64,000 bases of DNA. It comes from an uncultured Alphaproteobacteria bacterium (lineage in GTDB: Bacteria; Pseudomonadota; Alphaproteobacteria; RF32; CAG-239). The stretch spans positions 4,877 through 68,876 of the forward strand of contig CALXTW010000002.1 in the NCBI GenBank assembly GCA_944391515.1, given 5' to 3'. Shown in pieces: positions 41,093 to 49,947 of the stretch (position 1 is the stretch's first letter; each line of letters begins with the position of its first letter). The notes under the pieces were generated by a model that saw only the letters and a list, made by a program, of their open reading frames with translations, was not told where the DNA came from and searched no databases. The translations under genes were made by a program, and so were the position numbers.

Positions 41093-41757
41093 TGGAAGAT
41101 GTTAATTTTGAACAGCTAATAAGTAAGATTGATTGTATATTAAATTCACCCAAACCAATTCCAAACTTTATTAAAAAGGATAAAGAATTAGCTCAAATGT
41201 TGGAAGATTTGCAAGAAATTTCAGAATATGAGACTCTCAATCAATTTGAGGAGTTATTTGATAAAGAGCCATTTTTGATGCAATTTTTGATAGGTGCTGA
41301 TTTTACAAAACTTTTGAAAATTATAGATAGAACTACTATGAAATATGAGCATCTGGATGACTATACAGCTCTTCATATGATAGTGGTTAATCCTTGTATT
41401 GCTAATGTTGAAAAAACAGTAGTTATTGATAGAATTTTGGAAATGGGTTGCAATATTAATCAAACATCTGCAAAAGGTGAGACAGCTTTGTTTTTAGCTG
41501 TCAAAAGAAACAATAGAAAAATGATTGAATATTTGCTTGGAAAAGGGGCTAATCCTAATGTTTCTAATAATTTGGGAATAACTCCAATGATGGTGGCAGC
41601 ATTTAACTCACAGCTCTATAATATGGCTATTCTCAAATATTTTAATGCTCAAATGGGTGCAACCTGTACTTACTATCAATTTGATGTTTTTGATATTGCA
41701 GAAATAACAAAAATCTCAAATACAATAGAAGTCCTGAGGGATTTGAGAAGAACTTAA
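41071..41757 (+). CDS. Ankyrin-repeat protein
   Basis: TALHM, GCNIN, GETALFLAV, LLGKGANPN, GITPMMVAA. Confidence 0.85.
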   Translation: MSKGLDMMEDVNFEQLISKIDCILNSPKPIPNFIKKDKELAQMLEDLQEISEYETLNQFEELFDKEPFLMQFLIGADFTKLLKIIDRTTMKYEHLDDYTALHMIVVNPCIANVEKTVVIDRILEMGCNINQTSAKGETALFLAVKRNNRKMIEYLLGKGANPNVSNNLGITPMMVAAFNSQLYNMAILKYFNAQMGATCTYYQFDVFDIAEITKISNTIEVLRDLRRT

Positions 41758-41766
41758 TACTAAATA

Positions 41767-41793
41767 AAAAAGCCAGAAATAAATCTGGCTTTT
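41767..41793. terminator. Bidirectional terminator
   Basis: AAAAGCCAGA-aataaa-TCTGGCTTTT between convergent genes. Confidence 0.75.
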
Positions 41794-41796
41794 AGG

Positions 41797-42387
41797 TTAA
41801 ATAATAAATTCTGTTACATATCTATGAAGAGTAGTCCAAGTACACCCCATTAATCTTGCAATTTCAGCTTTTGAGACTTTTTTATCCAATAGTTCTTTAA
41901 TTTTATTATGTTTTTTCTTCAATTTTTTATAAGAAAACCCATAAGGTCTACCTAAATGTTTCCCCTCATTTTTTAATCTTTTTAATGATTCTTTTGTTCT
42001 CTGTGAAATTAGTTGTCTTTCAATTTCACTGGCAAGGGAAAAGGCAAATGCTAATACCTTACTCTGAATATCAGCTCCTAAATGATAGTTTTCTTTAACT
42101 GTTATAATTTCACACTCTTTTTCAAGACAAGTTTGCAAAATTCCCATAACTTCTAACATATTTCTACCAAGTCTTGAGATTTCAGTTGTAATTACTATAT
42201 CTCCTTTTTTGAGCTTATTTAACAACTTTCCCAATTTTCTTTGAGCTAAAGGTTTTCTTGATGAAATAATTTCCTCAACAAATTCATTTATGCATAAATT
42301 ATTTTTCTCTGAGAAATTTTTAAGTTCAAACTTTTGATTTTCACAATTTTGCAAATCAGTGCTAACTCTTATATAACCATATATCAT
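41797..42387 (-). CDS. Serine recombinase resembling the Mpi DNA-invertase family
   Basis: YGYIRVST catalytic Ser, EISRLGRN, KENYHLGADIQSKVLAFAFSLASEIERQLISQRTKE, C-terminal HTH. Confidence 0.88.
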   Translation of the reverse strand: MIYGYIRVSTDLQNCENQKFELKNFSEKNNLCINEFVEEIISSRKPLAQRKLGKLLNKLKKGDIVITTEISRLGRNMLEVMGILQTCLEKECEIITVKENYHLGADIQSKVLAFAFSLASEIERQLISQRTKESLKRLKNEGKHLGRPYGFSYKKLKKKHNKIKELLDKKVSKAEIARLMGCTWTTLHRYVTEFII

Positions 42388-42628
42388 ATTTAATCCTTTG
42401 TTATTACATTGATATTTATCAAAAATAACTATACAAAGGTTATAAAAATAATAGCTAAACTAAATGTCCATCTAGTTTAGCTATTACAGATAATGGTATT
42501 ATAAAACAATAAAAAATATATTAAAGCAAGTTATTTCCTTGTTTTTCATATAATTAAGGTGTTTTAAGAGATGCTTCCTCATTTATCATAATTTAGCTCT
42601 CCATAAATGGACATTTGTGGAGAGCATT

Positions 42629-43585
42629 ATGGCAACAGATTCTAATAATAAATTACATAAAGCTATGAAAAATAAAAATGATGAGTTTTATACTCAATTA
42701 GCTGATATAGAGAATGAATTAAGACATTATAGAGAATATTTTAAAGATAAAGTAGTTTTTTGTAATTGTGATGACCCAAGAGTAAGTAATTTTTTTCACT
42801 ATTTTTCTTACAACTTTGAATATCTTGGATTGAAAAAACTAATCACCACTTGTTATAAAAATCAAAATATGAACTTGTTTTCTCAAAATAAAAATGAAAG
42901 GGCTATTTATCTTGAATATACAGGTGTTAAAGGTAACAATAAAATCCCAGATATGAATGAGATTGGAATAAAAGCTCTTAATGGTGATGGAGATTTCAGA
43001 AGTGAAGAGTGTATAGAGTTATTAAAGCAAGCAGACATTGTTGTAACCAACCCACCTTTTAGCCTATTTAGAGAATATGTATCACAACTTATAGATTATG
43101 ATAAGAAATTTATAATAGTTGGAGCCAAAACTGCAATTGGATATAAAGAAATATTTAAACTTATAAAAGAAAATAAAATATGGTTGGGCTATACTCCAAA
43201 ATTAAAAACATTCAGAGTACCAGATGATTATGAAGGAAACTTAATGGTCATTGAAAATGGTGTAAAATATGTAAAAAATGTTGGAAATGTTGGATGGTTT
43301 ACAAATCTTGATGTTAAATACAGACATAATGATTTAATTCTATATAAAAAATATAATGAAAAAGAATATCCTAAATATGACAATTATGATGCTATAGAAG
43401 TATCTAGGACTTCAGATATTCCATTAGATTATGATGGTATTATGGGTGTACCAATCACATTTTTAGAAAAATACAATCCAAATCAGTTTGAAATTATAAG
43501 ATTTAGAAAAGGCAATGATAATAAAGATTTGTCTATTAATGGAAAATATTTATTTTCAAGAATCCTAATAAGGAGGAAAAAGTAA
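42629..43585 (+). CDS. EcoRI-family adenine DNA methyltransferase
   Basis: DEFYT, KVVFCNCDDP, GDGDFRS.EC, IVVTNPPFSLFREY, WFTNLD, MGVPITF. Confidence 0.9.
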   Translation: MATDSNNKLHKAMKNKNDEFYTQLADIENELRHYREYFKDKVVFCNCDDPRVSNFFHYFSYNFEYLGLKKLITTCYKNQNMNLFSQNKNERAIYLEYTGVKGNNKIPDMNEIGIKALNGDGDFRSEECIELLKQADIVVTNPPFSLFREYVSQLIDYDKKFIIVGAKTAIGYKEIFKLIKENKIWLGYTPKLKTFRVPDDYEGNLMVIENGVKYVKNVGNVGWFTNLDVKYRHNDLILYKKYNEKEYPKYDNYDAIEVSRTSDIPLDYDGIMGVPITFLEKYNPNQFEIIRFRKGNDNKDLSINGKYLFSRILIRRKK

Positions 43586-44682
43586 TGGAAATTAAGTTAA
43601 ATGAAATTCTGATAAGAGATTTATACAATGGCTATATTCATAATGAAGATGATAATAGTATAATTGGATATTATGGAAAATTAAATATAAGACCTAAATA
43701 CCAAAGAGAATTTATTTACTCAGGTAAACAAAGAGAAGAGGTAATAAAAAGCATTCAAAAGAGTTTTCCTCTTAATGTTATGTATTGGTGTAAAAATGAG
43801 GGTGATAGTTTTGAATTATTAGATGGTCAACAGAGAACTATTAGTATTTGTGATTATGTAGATAATGTTTATTCAATTGATGGTAAATATTTTCAAAATC
43901 TAACTAATACAGAACAAGAACAAATAATGAACTACAAATTAATGGTTTACATTTGTGAGGGTAATGATAAAGAAAAATTAGATTGGTTCAAAATTATTAA
44001 TATTGCAGGTGAAAAATTAACAGAACAAGAATTAAGAAATGCTATTTATACAGGTGAATGGCTAGAAAGTGCTAAACAATATTTCAGTAAAAATGGATGT
44101 ATAGCATATAAAAAAGGTAGTGACTATTTAACAGGGTCCTCTATTAGGCAAGAATATTTAGAAACAACCCTTTTTTGGATAATTAATAGAGATAATCTAA
44201 AAAGTATAGAAGAATATATGGCTCTTCACCAACATAATCATAATGCTATAGAGCTATGGAACTATTTTAGTTCTGTGATTGATTGGGTAAAAGCTATTTT
44301 TCCAAAATATAGAAAAGAAATGAAAGGTATAAGTTGGGGAATATATTATAATCAATATAAAGATACAGATTATAACCCAAAAGAATTAGAACAAAAATTT
44401 CAAGATTTATGTGCAGATGATGATGTTACCAATATTAAAGGAATCTATGAATATTTGTTAGATAACAATGAAAAACATTTACATTTGAGAGCATTTACAG
44501 ACAAACAAAAAAGAAAACAATATGAAAAACAACAGGGGGTTTGTAAAAAATGCAAAAAACATTTTAGTTTTGATGAAATGGAAGGAGACCATATAATTCC
44601 TTGGAGCCAAGGAGGTCATACAACAGAAGATAATCTACAAATGCTCTGTAAAGATTGCAATAGAAGAAAAAGTGATATTTAA
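43585..44682 (+). CDS. DUF262 (GmrS/ParB-like) plus HNH endonuclease
   Basis: PKYQR, LLDGQQR, FKIIN.AG.KL..QELRN; C-terminal CxxC...DHIIP...GG.T..DNLQMLCKDCN; start overlaps the MTase stop. Confidence 0.88.
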   Translation: MEIKLNEILIRDLYNGYIHNEDDNSIIGYYGKLNIRPKYQREFIYSGKQREEVIKSIQKSFPLNVMYWCKNEGDSFELLDGQQRTISICDYVDNVYSIDGKYFQNLTNTEQEQIMNYKLMVYICEGNDKEKLDWFKIINIAGEKLTEQELRNAIYTGEWLESAKQYFSKNGCIAYKKGSDYLTGSSIRQEYLETTLFWIINRDNLKSIEEYMALHQHNHNAIELWNYFSSVIDWVKAIFPKYRKEMKGISWGIYYNQYKDTDYNPKELEQKFQDLCADDDVTNIKGIYEYLLDNNEKHLHLRAFTDKQKRKQYEKQQGVCKKCKKHFSFDEMEGDHIIPWSQGGHTTEDNLQMLCKDCNRRKSDI

Positions 44683-44739
44683 TACTCTCTAAAGATACCT
44701 GATATATTTTATATAAAGATATGAATGGGAGTATATGAT

Positions 44740-46146
44740 ATGCAAATTAGCAAGATTATAATTCAAAATTTTAGAGGTATTGAAAGTGAAAATATTGAGT
44801 TAAAAAATTTAAACATCATTATTGGTAATAATGGAACATCTAAAACAACTATATTAGAAGCTTTGCATTATGCTCTGTCTCCTGCATATGTCCAAAACCA
44901 CATAAGCTACAATGATTTCTATAATAATACAAACTCACCTATATTAATTGAAGTATATTTTAGTGAAATAATAAATATTGATGTGCAATTTGGATACCAA
45001 ACTAAACAAATTCCATTCAAGAAAATTTGGCTTACTATAAGAAAAAGGGAAAACCAAATTGGGCTAAAAAAAGCATTTAATAGTGGATTTGTAATAACAC
45101 ACTGTTTAGTACCTGACTATGAAAATTTAAAAGAAGGAAAGGGATGGAATGTAAGAGATACCTCAGGTGCTTTGCTAACAGTTACAACTTTACAAGCCAA
45201 AGAGGCTATTAATTCTTTACCTATTAAAGGATTTTATTTTAATAAAGATAGAGAAAAGCAATTAAATAAAGGATTTAACTCATCTATTTCTGCTGTCTTT
45301 GAGGATTTTAATTGGAGATTTCTGTTAAATACACAAAAAGAACCAAATAATTTTTTTGATGATAAAAAGAAATTAGAACAGTATGTTTTGGATAATATTG
45401 CTGGAAATATATGGGATAAAAGTATTGGAACAATTAACAATAAAATCCAAACTTATTTCTCTTTAAAACCATTTAATATTTCTTTAATTGATTGTAATAA
45501 TCCATTTAACTCAGCCTTTTTAGCTAATCAAGAATATAATCAAGACCTACCAATATCAAAATTAGGTTCTGGAATTGAAATGATTATTTCTTTAATATTT
45601 TTAGAAACTATTGCCTCTTTATCTAAAAATAAGCTCATAATAATTGTTGATGAACCTGAAGTCCACTTACATCCAACACTACAAAAACAACTATTAAAAT
45701 ATTTACAGAAGCTTGCAAATGATAGTGATGTCCAGATACTTTTTTCAACACATTCTCCATATATGTTTAAAGATTGTGTTGAAAATGCTACAACTTCTTT
45801 AATAAGTAGAGAAAAAAATTACCAAGAAAGTATTTTCCCTTGGGGAAAAACTTGGGGTGAATTGAATTACTTTTCATATAATATGGCAACAGTAGAATTT
45901 TTTAATGAATTATTTGGATTTATACAAAATAACAGGAACCTGACTGAAACAGATGAATTTTTAAATCAATGTGGAATAGAAAGAACAAAAATATGGAAAA
46001 GAACACAAACACAAGAATTCAATTGTACCTTACCCATTTATGTTAGAAATTCAATACATCACCCAGAAAACACCTTGAATAAAAAATATACAGATGATGA
46101 ATTAAGTAATTGTATTAAAATACTTGTTGATATAGTAAAAAAATAA
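44740..46146 (+). CDS. ABC-type ATPase with putative C-terminal HEPN domain
   Basis: NFRGI, variant Walker A GNNGTSKT, LGSG signature, DEPEVHLHP, STHSP; C-terminal RNSIHH (Rx4H). Confidence 0.75.
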   Translation: MQISKIIIQNFRGIESENIELKNLNIIIGNNGTSKTTILEALHYALSPAYVQNHISYNDFYNNTNSPILIEVYFSEIINIDVQFGYQTKQIPFKKIWLTIRKRENQIGLKKAFNSGFVITHCLVPDYENLKEGKGWNVRDTSGALLTVTTLQAKEAINSLPIKGFYFNKDREKQLNKGFNSSISAVFEDFNWRFLLNTQKEPNNFFDDKKKLEQYVLDNIAGNIWDKSIGTINNKIQTYFSLKPFNISLIDCNNPFNSAFLANQEYNQDLPISKLGSGIEMIISLIFLETIASLSKNKLIIIVDEPEVHLHPTLQKQLLKYLQKLANDSDVQILFSTHSPYMFKDCVENATTSLISREKNYQESIFPWGKTWGELNYFSYNMATVEFFNELFGFIQNNRNLTETDEFLNQCGIERTKIWKRTQTQEFNCTLPIYVRNSIHHPENTLNKKYTDDELSNCIKILVDIVKK

Positions 46147-46154
46147 TCTTTTCT

Positions 46155-46286
46155 AATGTTAAATTTTGTAAATCCAGAGTAGAGGCTGATTTAACAATTC
46201 CAAAACTGTAAAGTTGAAATCAAAATACTTGACAATTTTACAGTTTTTATTTATTGTAAAGTTATGTTTAAGATTTTAACCTTACA
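46155..46286. promoter_or_regulatory. Putative res site (three inverted-repeat subsites)
   Basis: TGTTAAAT...ATTTAACA (46157-46196), AAAACTGTAAA...TTTACAGTTTT (46202-46247), TGTAAAGTTA...TAACCTTACA (46255-46286), directly upstream of the resolvase. Confidence 0.65.
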
Positions 46287-46295
46287 GGTGGCAAT

Positions 46296-46847
46296 ATGAT
46301 TTTCAATTACAAGAGAGTTTCAACAGTAGACCAAAATACAGAAAGACAGTTATTAAATATCAAATGTGATAGAGAATTTGAGGACAAATTATCAGGCAAG
46401 GATAGAAATAGGCCTCAACTGGAATTATTGCTCTCCATAATTAGAGAAGGAGACATCATCAATGTGCATTCTATGGATAGATTAGCTAGGAATACCAGAG
46501 ATTTGTTGAATTTGGTAGAGGAAATCACATCCCAAGGAGTCACTATAAAATTCCATAAGGAAAATCTGACTTTTGAGGCAGGTAAAAATGACCCATACCA
46601 AAAATTGATGATGACAATGCTTGGAGCAGTTGCTGAACTTGAGAGAAGTTTAATCCTTGAAAGACAAAGAGAAGGAATTGCTTTGGCTAAAATGAAAGGC
46701 AAATATAAGGGAGGAAAGCATAAATTATCTCCTCAAGAGGTTGCTGAGCTGAAAGAATTAGCTAACTCTCAAAAAGTTTCTTTATCTGAATTAGCTAGGA
46801 AATATCAAATTTCAAGACCTACTTTGTATGCATATCTAAAAAATTAA
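46296..46847 (+). CDS. Serine recombinase (resolvase)
   Basis: YKRVSTVDQN..RQ, RPQL, SMDRLARN, ERQREGIA.AK..G, C-terminal HTH. Confidence 0.92.
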   Translation: MIFNYKRVSTVDQNTERQLLNIKCDREFEDKLSGKDRNRPQLELLLSIIREGDIINVHSMDRLARNTRDLLNLVEEITSQGVTIKFHKENLTFEAGKNDPYQKLMMTMLGAVAELERSLILERQREGIALAKMKGKYKGGKHKLSPQEVAELKELANSQKVSLSELARKYQISRPTLYAYLKN

Positions 46848-47144
46848 ACTCCAACATCCTATCAATGTTGGAGATATTAATGGATTATTATATACTTATT
46901 GAAACTCATTCACATATATTTATCAAAAAGCCTAGTTTTAATAAATTTTTTTCAAGAAAATAAAAAAAGAGGGCTCCTTTTTAAAATTTTGCATGATACA
47001 TTTTTAAAGGATGCTCAAAAACTGTATGAATAGATAGGGTGGAGTTGGTATTTTTACCTCTCCACCTTATCTTTTATCTTATCTTGATTTAAATAAAAAT
47101 ATAAATTAGCATCAAAAAAGAAGTAAAACATATAGGTAGAAATA

Positions 47145-49361
47145 ATGAGTATAAAACTTATAAAAAAGATAAAAAATATTTTTAAAATAAAAAAGAAAGC
47201 TACACCCAAAAAGAAAGTTATGCCATCAGAAAAGAAAGTTATATCAAACAATATAGCTGATTTTGAAATAGACAGTCCTATAACATTACCTGAGGAAGAT
47301 ATATTTGGGTATAATAAATTTGCAATGAATTTTGCAGAGCTTTTGCATAATAGGATTTCATCAGAAGGATTTGTTACAGCTATAAATGCTCCTTGGGGAT
47401 ATGGAAAAACCTCTTGCATCAACCTAATAAAACATAAATTGAAAAGCTACAATGATGTGGAAATCATAAATTTTAATCCTTGGTTTATCCCCATAAAACA
47501 AAACACTTTAATTACACAATTTTTTATGGCATTAAAACCATACATACAAAAACTTTTTGCATTGAAAAGTTGGTCAAAAAAAGAAAAAGAAGGATTCTTT
47601 AGGGTATTAAGTGGATTTAGTATCAGTTGTGGAATTATAGAATATAATTGCAAAGATTTATCAGATGCATTTTTACAGCCTCAAACTATTTATGATGAAA
47701 AAAAAGAAATAGAAGACTTCTTAAATACAAAAAAAGAAAAAATTATAGTCTTTATAGATGATATTGATAGGCTTTCCAAAGAAGAGATTATTCAAATTTT
47801 TAGGCTTATAAAATCTGTTGCAAACTTTAAAAATATTACCTATGTCCTTTCTTTTGATTTGGATGTTGTATCTACAATTTTAGAAACAGAACAGTTAATC
47901 AATGGAAGAAAATATTTAGAAAAAATAATTCAATTGCAGCTTAATTTACCTCAACCCAGCAATAATGCCATTGAAAATTATCTTTTGAAAAAATTAAAAT
48001 TAATTTCTTCAGATGCTAACTTATCAGAAACAGATAAGCAAGTTTGGGTGGCAATATATTCTAAGTTAATACAATCAAATCTTTTAAGTATTAGAGATGT
48101 AAATAGATTATATAATGCTATTTTAACAACATACACTATGATAAAAGATGATGTAAATTTTATAGATTTTGTGGTTATAGAATATTTAAGATTATTTCAC
48201 AATAACATATGGAAAATCATAAAATATAATCAGTATCTTTTTTCATCTAATTTTTTACATAAAGCTCAAAATAAAGATGAATTAAAAAACTTAATTGATG
48301 AACTACCTCAAGAAGAGCAAAAAATTGCTCAAGTGATAATTACAATTCTTTTTCCTAATATAGAACAATATATCCCTCATTCTGGAATTTATAAGGTTAT
48401 TAATATTTCTAATCCTCAACAACTTTTACAGCTTTGTGAAAAAGAAAAAAGAATTTGTTCTCCATATAGAATAAATTATTATTTTACTATGAATGTTGGT
48501 GAAGATAGTATCTCAGATGTTGAGATACAACATATTCTCAATAATATAGCAACAGCAGAAGATTTGACTAATATATTTCAAAAATATTACCAAATAAAAT
48601 TATCAACAGGAAAAACAATGTTGCTTTTTTTATTAGAAAAATTAAGATTCTATGCAGATGAAATTAAACAAAAAAAATTAACAGAAATTTTTTATAAATC
48701 AATATTTGCTTCTGCATTAAGATATAACAATGAAGATGATATCTTATTTGATATATTTACCCCTACTATTAGCACAAAATTTGAATATTTGTTAATTGCT
48801 CTTTATTTAAAAAATTCTCCAAAAGAAAATTTTCAGCTACTCTCAAAAGTCATAGAAAATCCAGAACATATTGTATTTTCTTGTCAAGAACTTAGCATCA
48901 TAGGACAAAATTTTGGATATTTTACTTCATCATCAAGAAAAGATGAAACATACTTAAAAAAACAAAATTATTTAGATTTAGTAGAAAAATTAATAGAAAT
49001 TATTGAAATAAATTTTAGAAATATAAATAAAATGGCAGACAAAAGAGAGGTAATAAGGTTTATAAAGGAATTTGATAAACTAAAAGCCAACAATTTATTG
49101 TATGAGACAACATATTCTGACAAAGATTTTCTTAATTTTTTAAAAACTTTATATAAAGTATGTTATACATCCATCAATAATGGAACTTCTAAGAAAGAAA
49201 AACACATATATGATACAGATATATCATACTGGTTTGATTTTGAAAAAACAAAAACAAGGTTAATTTCTATCACTACAAACAATCAGGATTTAAGCAAAGC
49301 AGCTTTAGAAATATTATCAAATATTAAAATAGATGATTTTAATGAAAAGATATCAGTTTAA
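47145..49361 (+). CDS. KAP-family P-loop NTPase
   Basis: DIFG...FA, APWGYGKTS, FNPW, VFIDDIDRL, YLEKIIQ...LP, RDVNRLYN. Confidence 0.88.
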   Translation: MSIKLIKKIKNIFKIKKKATPKKKVMPSEKKVISNNIADFEIDSPITLPEEDIFGYNKFAMNFAELLHNRISSEGFVTAINAPWGYGKTSCINLIKHKLKSYNDVEIINFNPWFIPIKQNTLITQFFMALKPYIQKLFALKSWSKKEKEGFFRVLSGFSISCGIIEYNCKDLSDAFLQPQTIYDEKKEIEDFLNTKKEKIIVFIDDIDRLSKEEIIQIFRLIKSVANFKNITYVLSFDLDVVSTILETEQLINGRKYLEKIIQLQLNLPQPSNNAIENYLLKKLKLISSDANLSETDKQVWVAIYSKLIQSNLLSIRDVNRLYNAILTTYTMIKDDVNFIDFVVIEYLRLFHNNIWKIIKYNQYLFSSNFLHKAQNKDELKNLIDELPQEEQKIAQVIITILFPNIEQYIPHSGIYKVINISNPQQLLQLCEKEKRICSPYRINYYFTMNVGEDSISDVEIQHILNNIATAEDLTNIFQKYYQIKLSTGKTMLLFLLEKLRFYADEIKQKKLTEIFYKSIFASALRYNNEDDILFDIFTPTISTKFEYLLIALYLKNSPKENFQLLSKVIENPEHIVFSCQELSIIGQNFGYFTSSSRKDETYLKKQNYLDLVEKLIEIIEINFRNINKMADKREVIRFIKEFDKLKANNLLYETTYSDKDFLNFLKTLYKVCYTSINNGTSKKEKHIYDTDISYWFDFEKTKTRLISITTNNQDLSKAALEILSNIKIDDFNEKISV

Positions 49362-49418
49362 TAAAGTTATATTAGAGAGAAAATAGATTCTTTAACCAAT
49401 TTTTTAACTCAAAATACA

Positions 49419-49440
49419 ATTCACACAATATTCACATAAG
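49419..49440 (+). repeat. Putative integrase arm-type sites, right end
   Basis: ATTCACACAATATTCACATAAG, near-identical to 38375-38396. Confidence 0.7.
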
Positions 49441-49481
49441 AATTTTTGATTATGTAATAGATTGAAAAATAATAATAAAAA

Positions 49482-49509
49482 GTTCTTACCAATTCTCTAA
49501 ACGTTAATC
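49482..49509 (+). repeat. attR core
   Basis: Identical 28-bp copy of the rpsI 3' end. Confidence 0.95.
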
Positions 49510-49532
49510 GTTTGAGTTTAAGGATAAGTTAC

Positions 49533-49564
49533 AAAAAGAGGTGCAACTTGCACCTCTTTTTTTT
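49533..49564 (+). terminator. Displaced native rplM-rpsI terminator
   Basis: AAAAAGAGGTGCAA-c-TTGCACCTCTTTTT followed by T run, just outside attR. Confidence 0.8.
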
Positions 49565-49627
49565 GCGCCTCAAAAGTGACAATGCAAATTGTAACAAAAA
49601 TGTAACAAAATTGACAAAATTTCCGTA

Positions 49628-49656
49628 TTGACAGAATTTCCAAAAAATGGTATAGT
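49628..49656 (+). promoter_or_regulatory. Sigma70 promoter
   Basis: TTGACA-N17-TATAGT with extended TG; TGTAACAAAA repeats upstream. Confidence 0.75.
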
Positions 49657-49686
49657 CCTCTCATTGCTGACATAAGGAGAAACGAA

Positions 49687-49947
49687 ATGCAAAACACCAA
49701 CACCGTAAAAGCTATTGAGATTGAAGGATTATGCAACGCCATGGCTAAGAGCTATAATATTTCATTTCAAAAAGCATTTGGATTTTTGAGTGAAGAGCAA
49801 CAAGCCATTTATGATGAATATTTGACCCGTCAATACAAAAACAAACTCAATATGTTGTTTGGTAATAATTGGGCCAAACGAGCAGCTCCGGTTATGTTAT
49901 ACGCAACTTCGGTAAAAAATTACAAAAAGCATATTTACAGTTTATAA
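49687..49947 (+). CDS. Small hypothetical protein
   Basis: AAGGAG SD, own promoter, terminator at 49988-50022. Confidence 0.7.
   Translation: MQNTNTVKAIEIEGLCNAMAKSYNISFQKAFGFLSEEQQAIYDEYLTRQYKNKLNMLFGNNWAKRAAPVMLYATSVKNYKKHIYSL

Larger units (their letters stand above)
38286..49509. mobile_element. Integrative element / defence island inserted at the rpsI 3' end
   Basis: 28-bp direct repeats at both ends, integrase next to attL, abrupt composition change, cargo of recombinases and defence-type genes. Confidence 0.95.

Noticed and set aside
46015-46020. GAATTC site as evidence for the MTase specificity
   Set aside because: EcoRI-family membership does not fix the recognition sequence, and one site is uninformative
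38314-49481. Island as a prophage, ICE or contaminating contig
   Set aside because: No structural, lysis or T4SS genes; precise att repeats and the displaced terminator argue for true integration rather than misassembly
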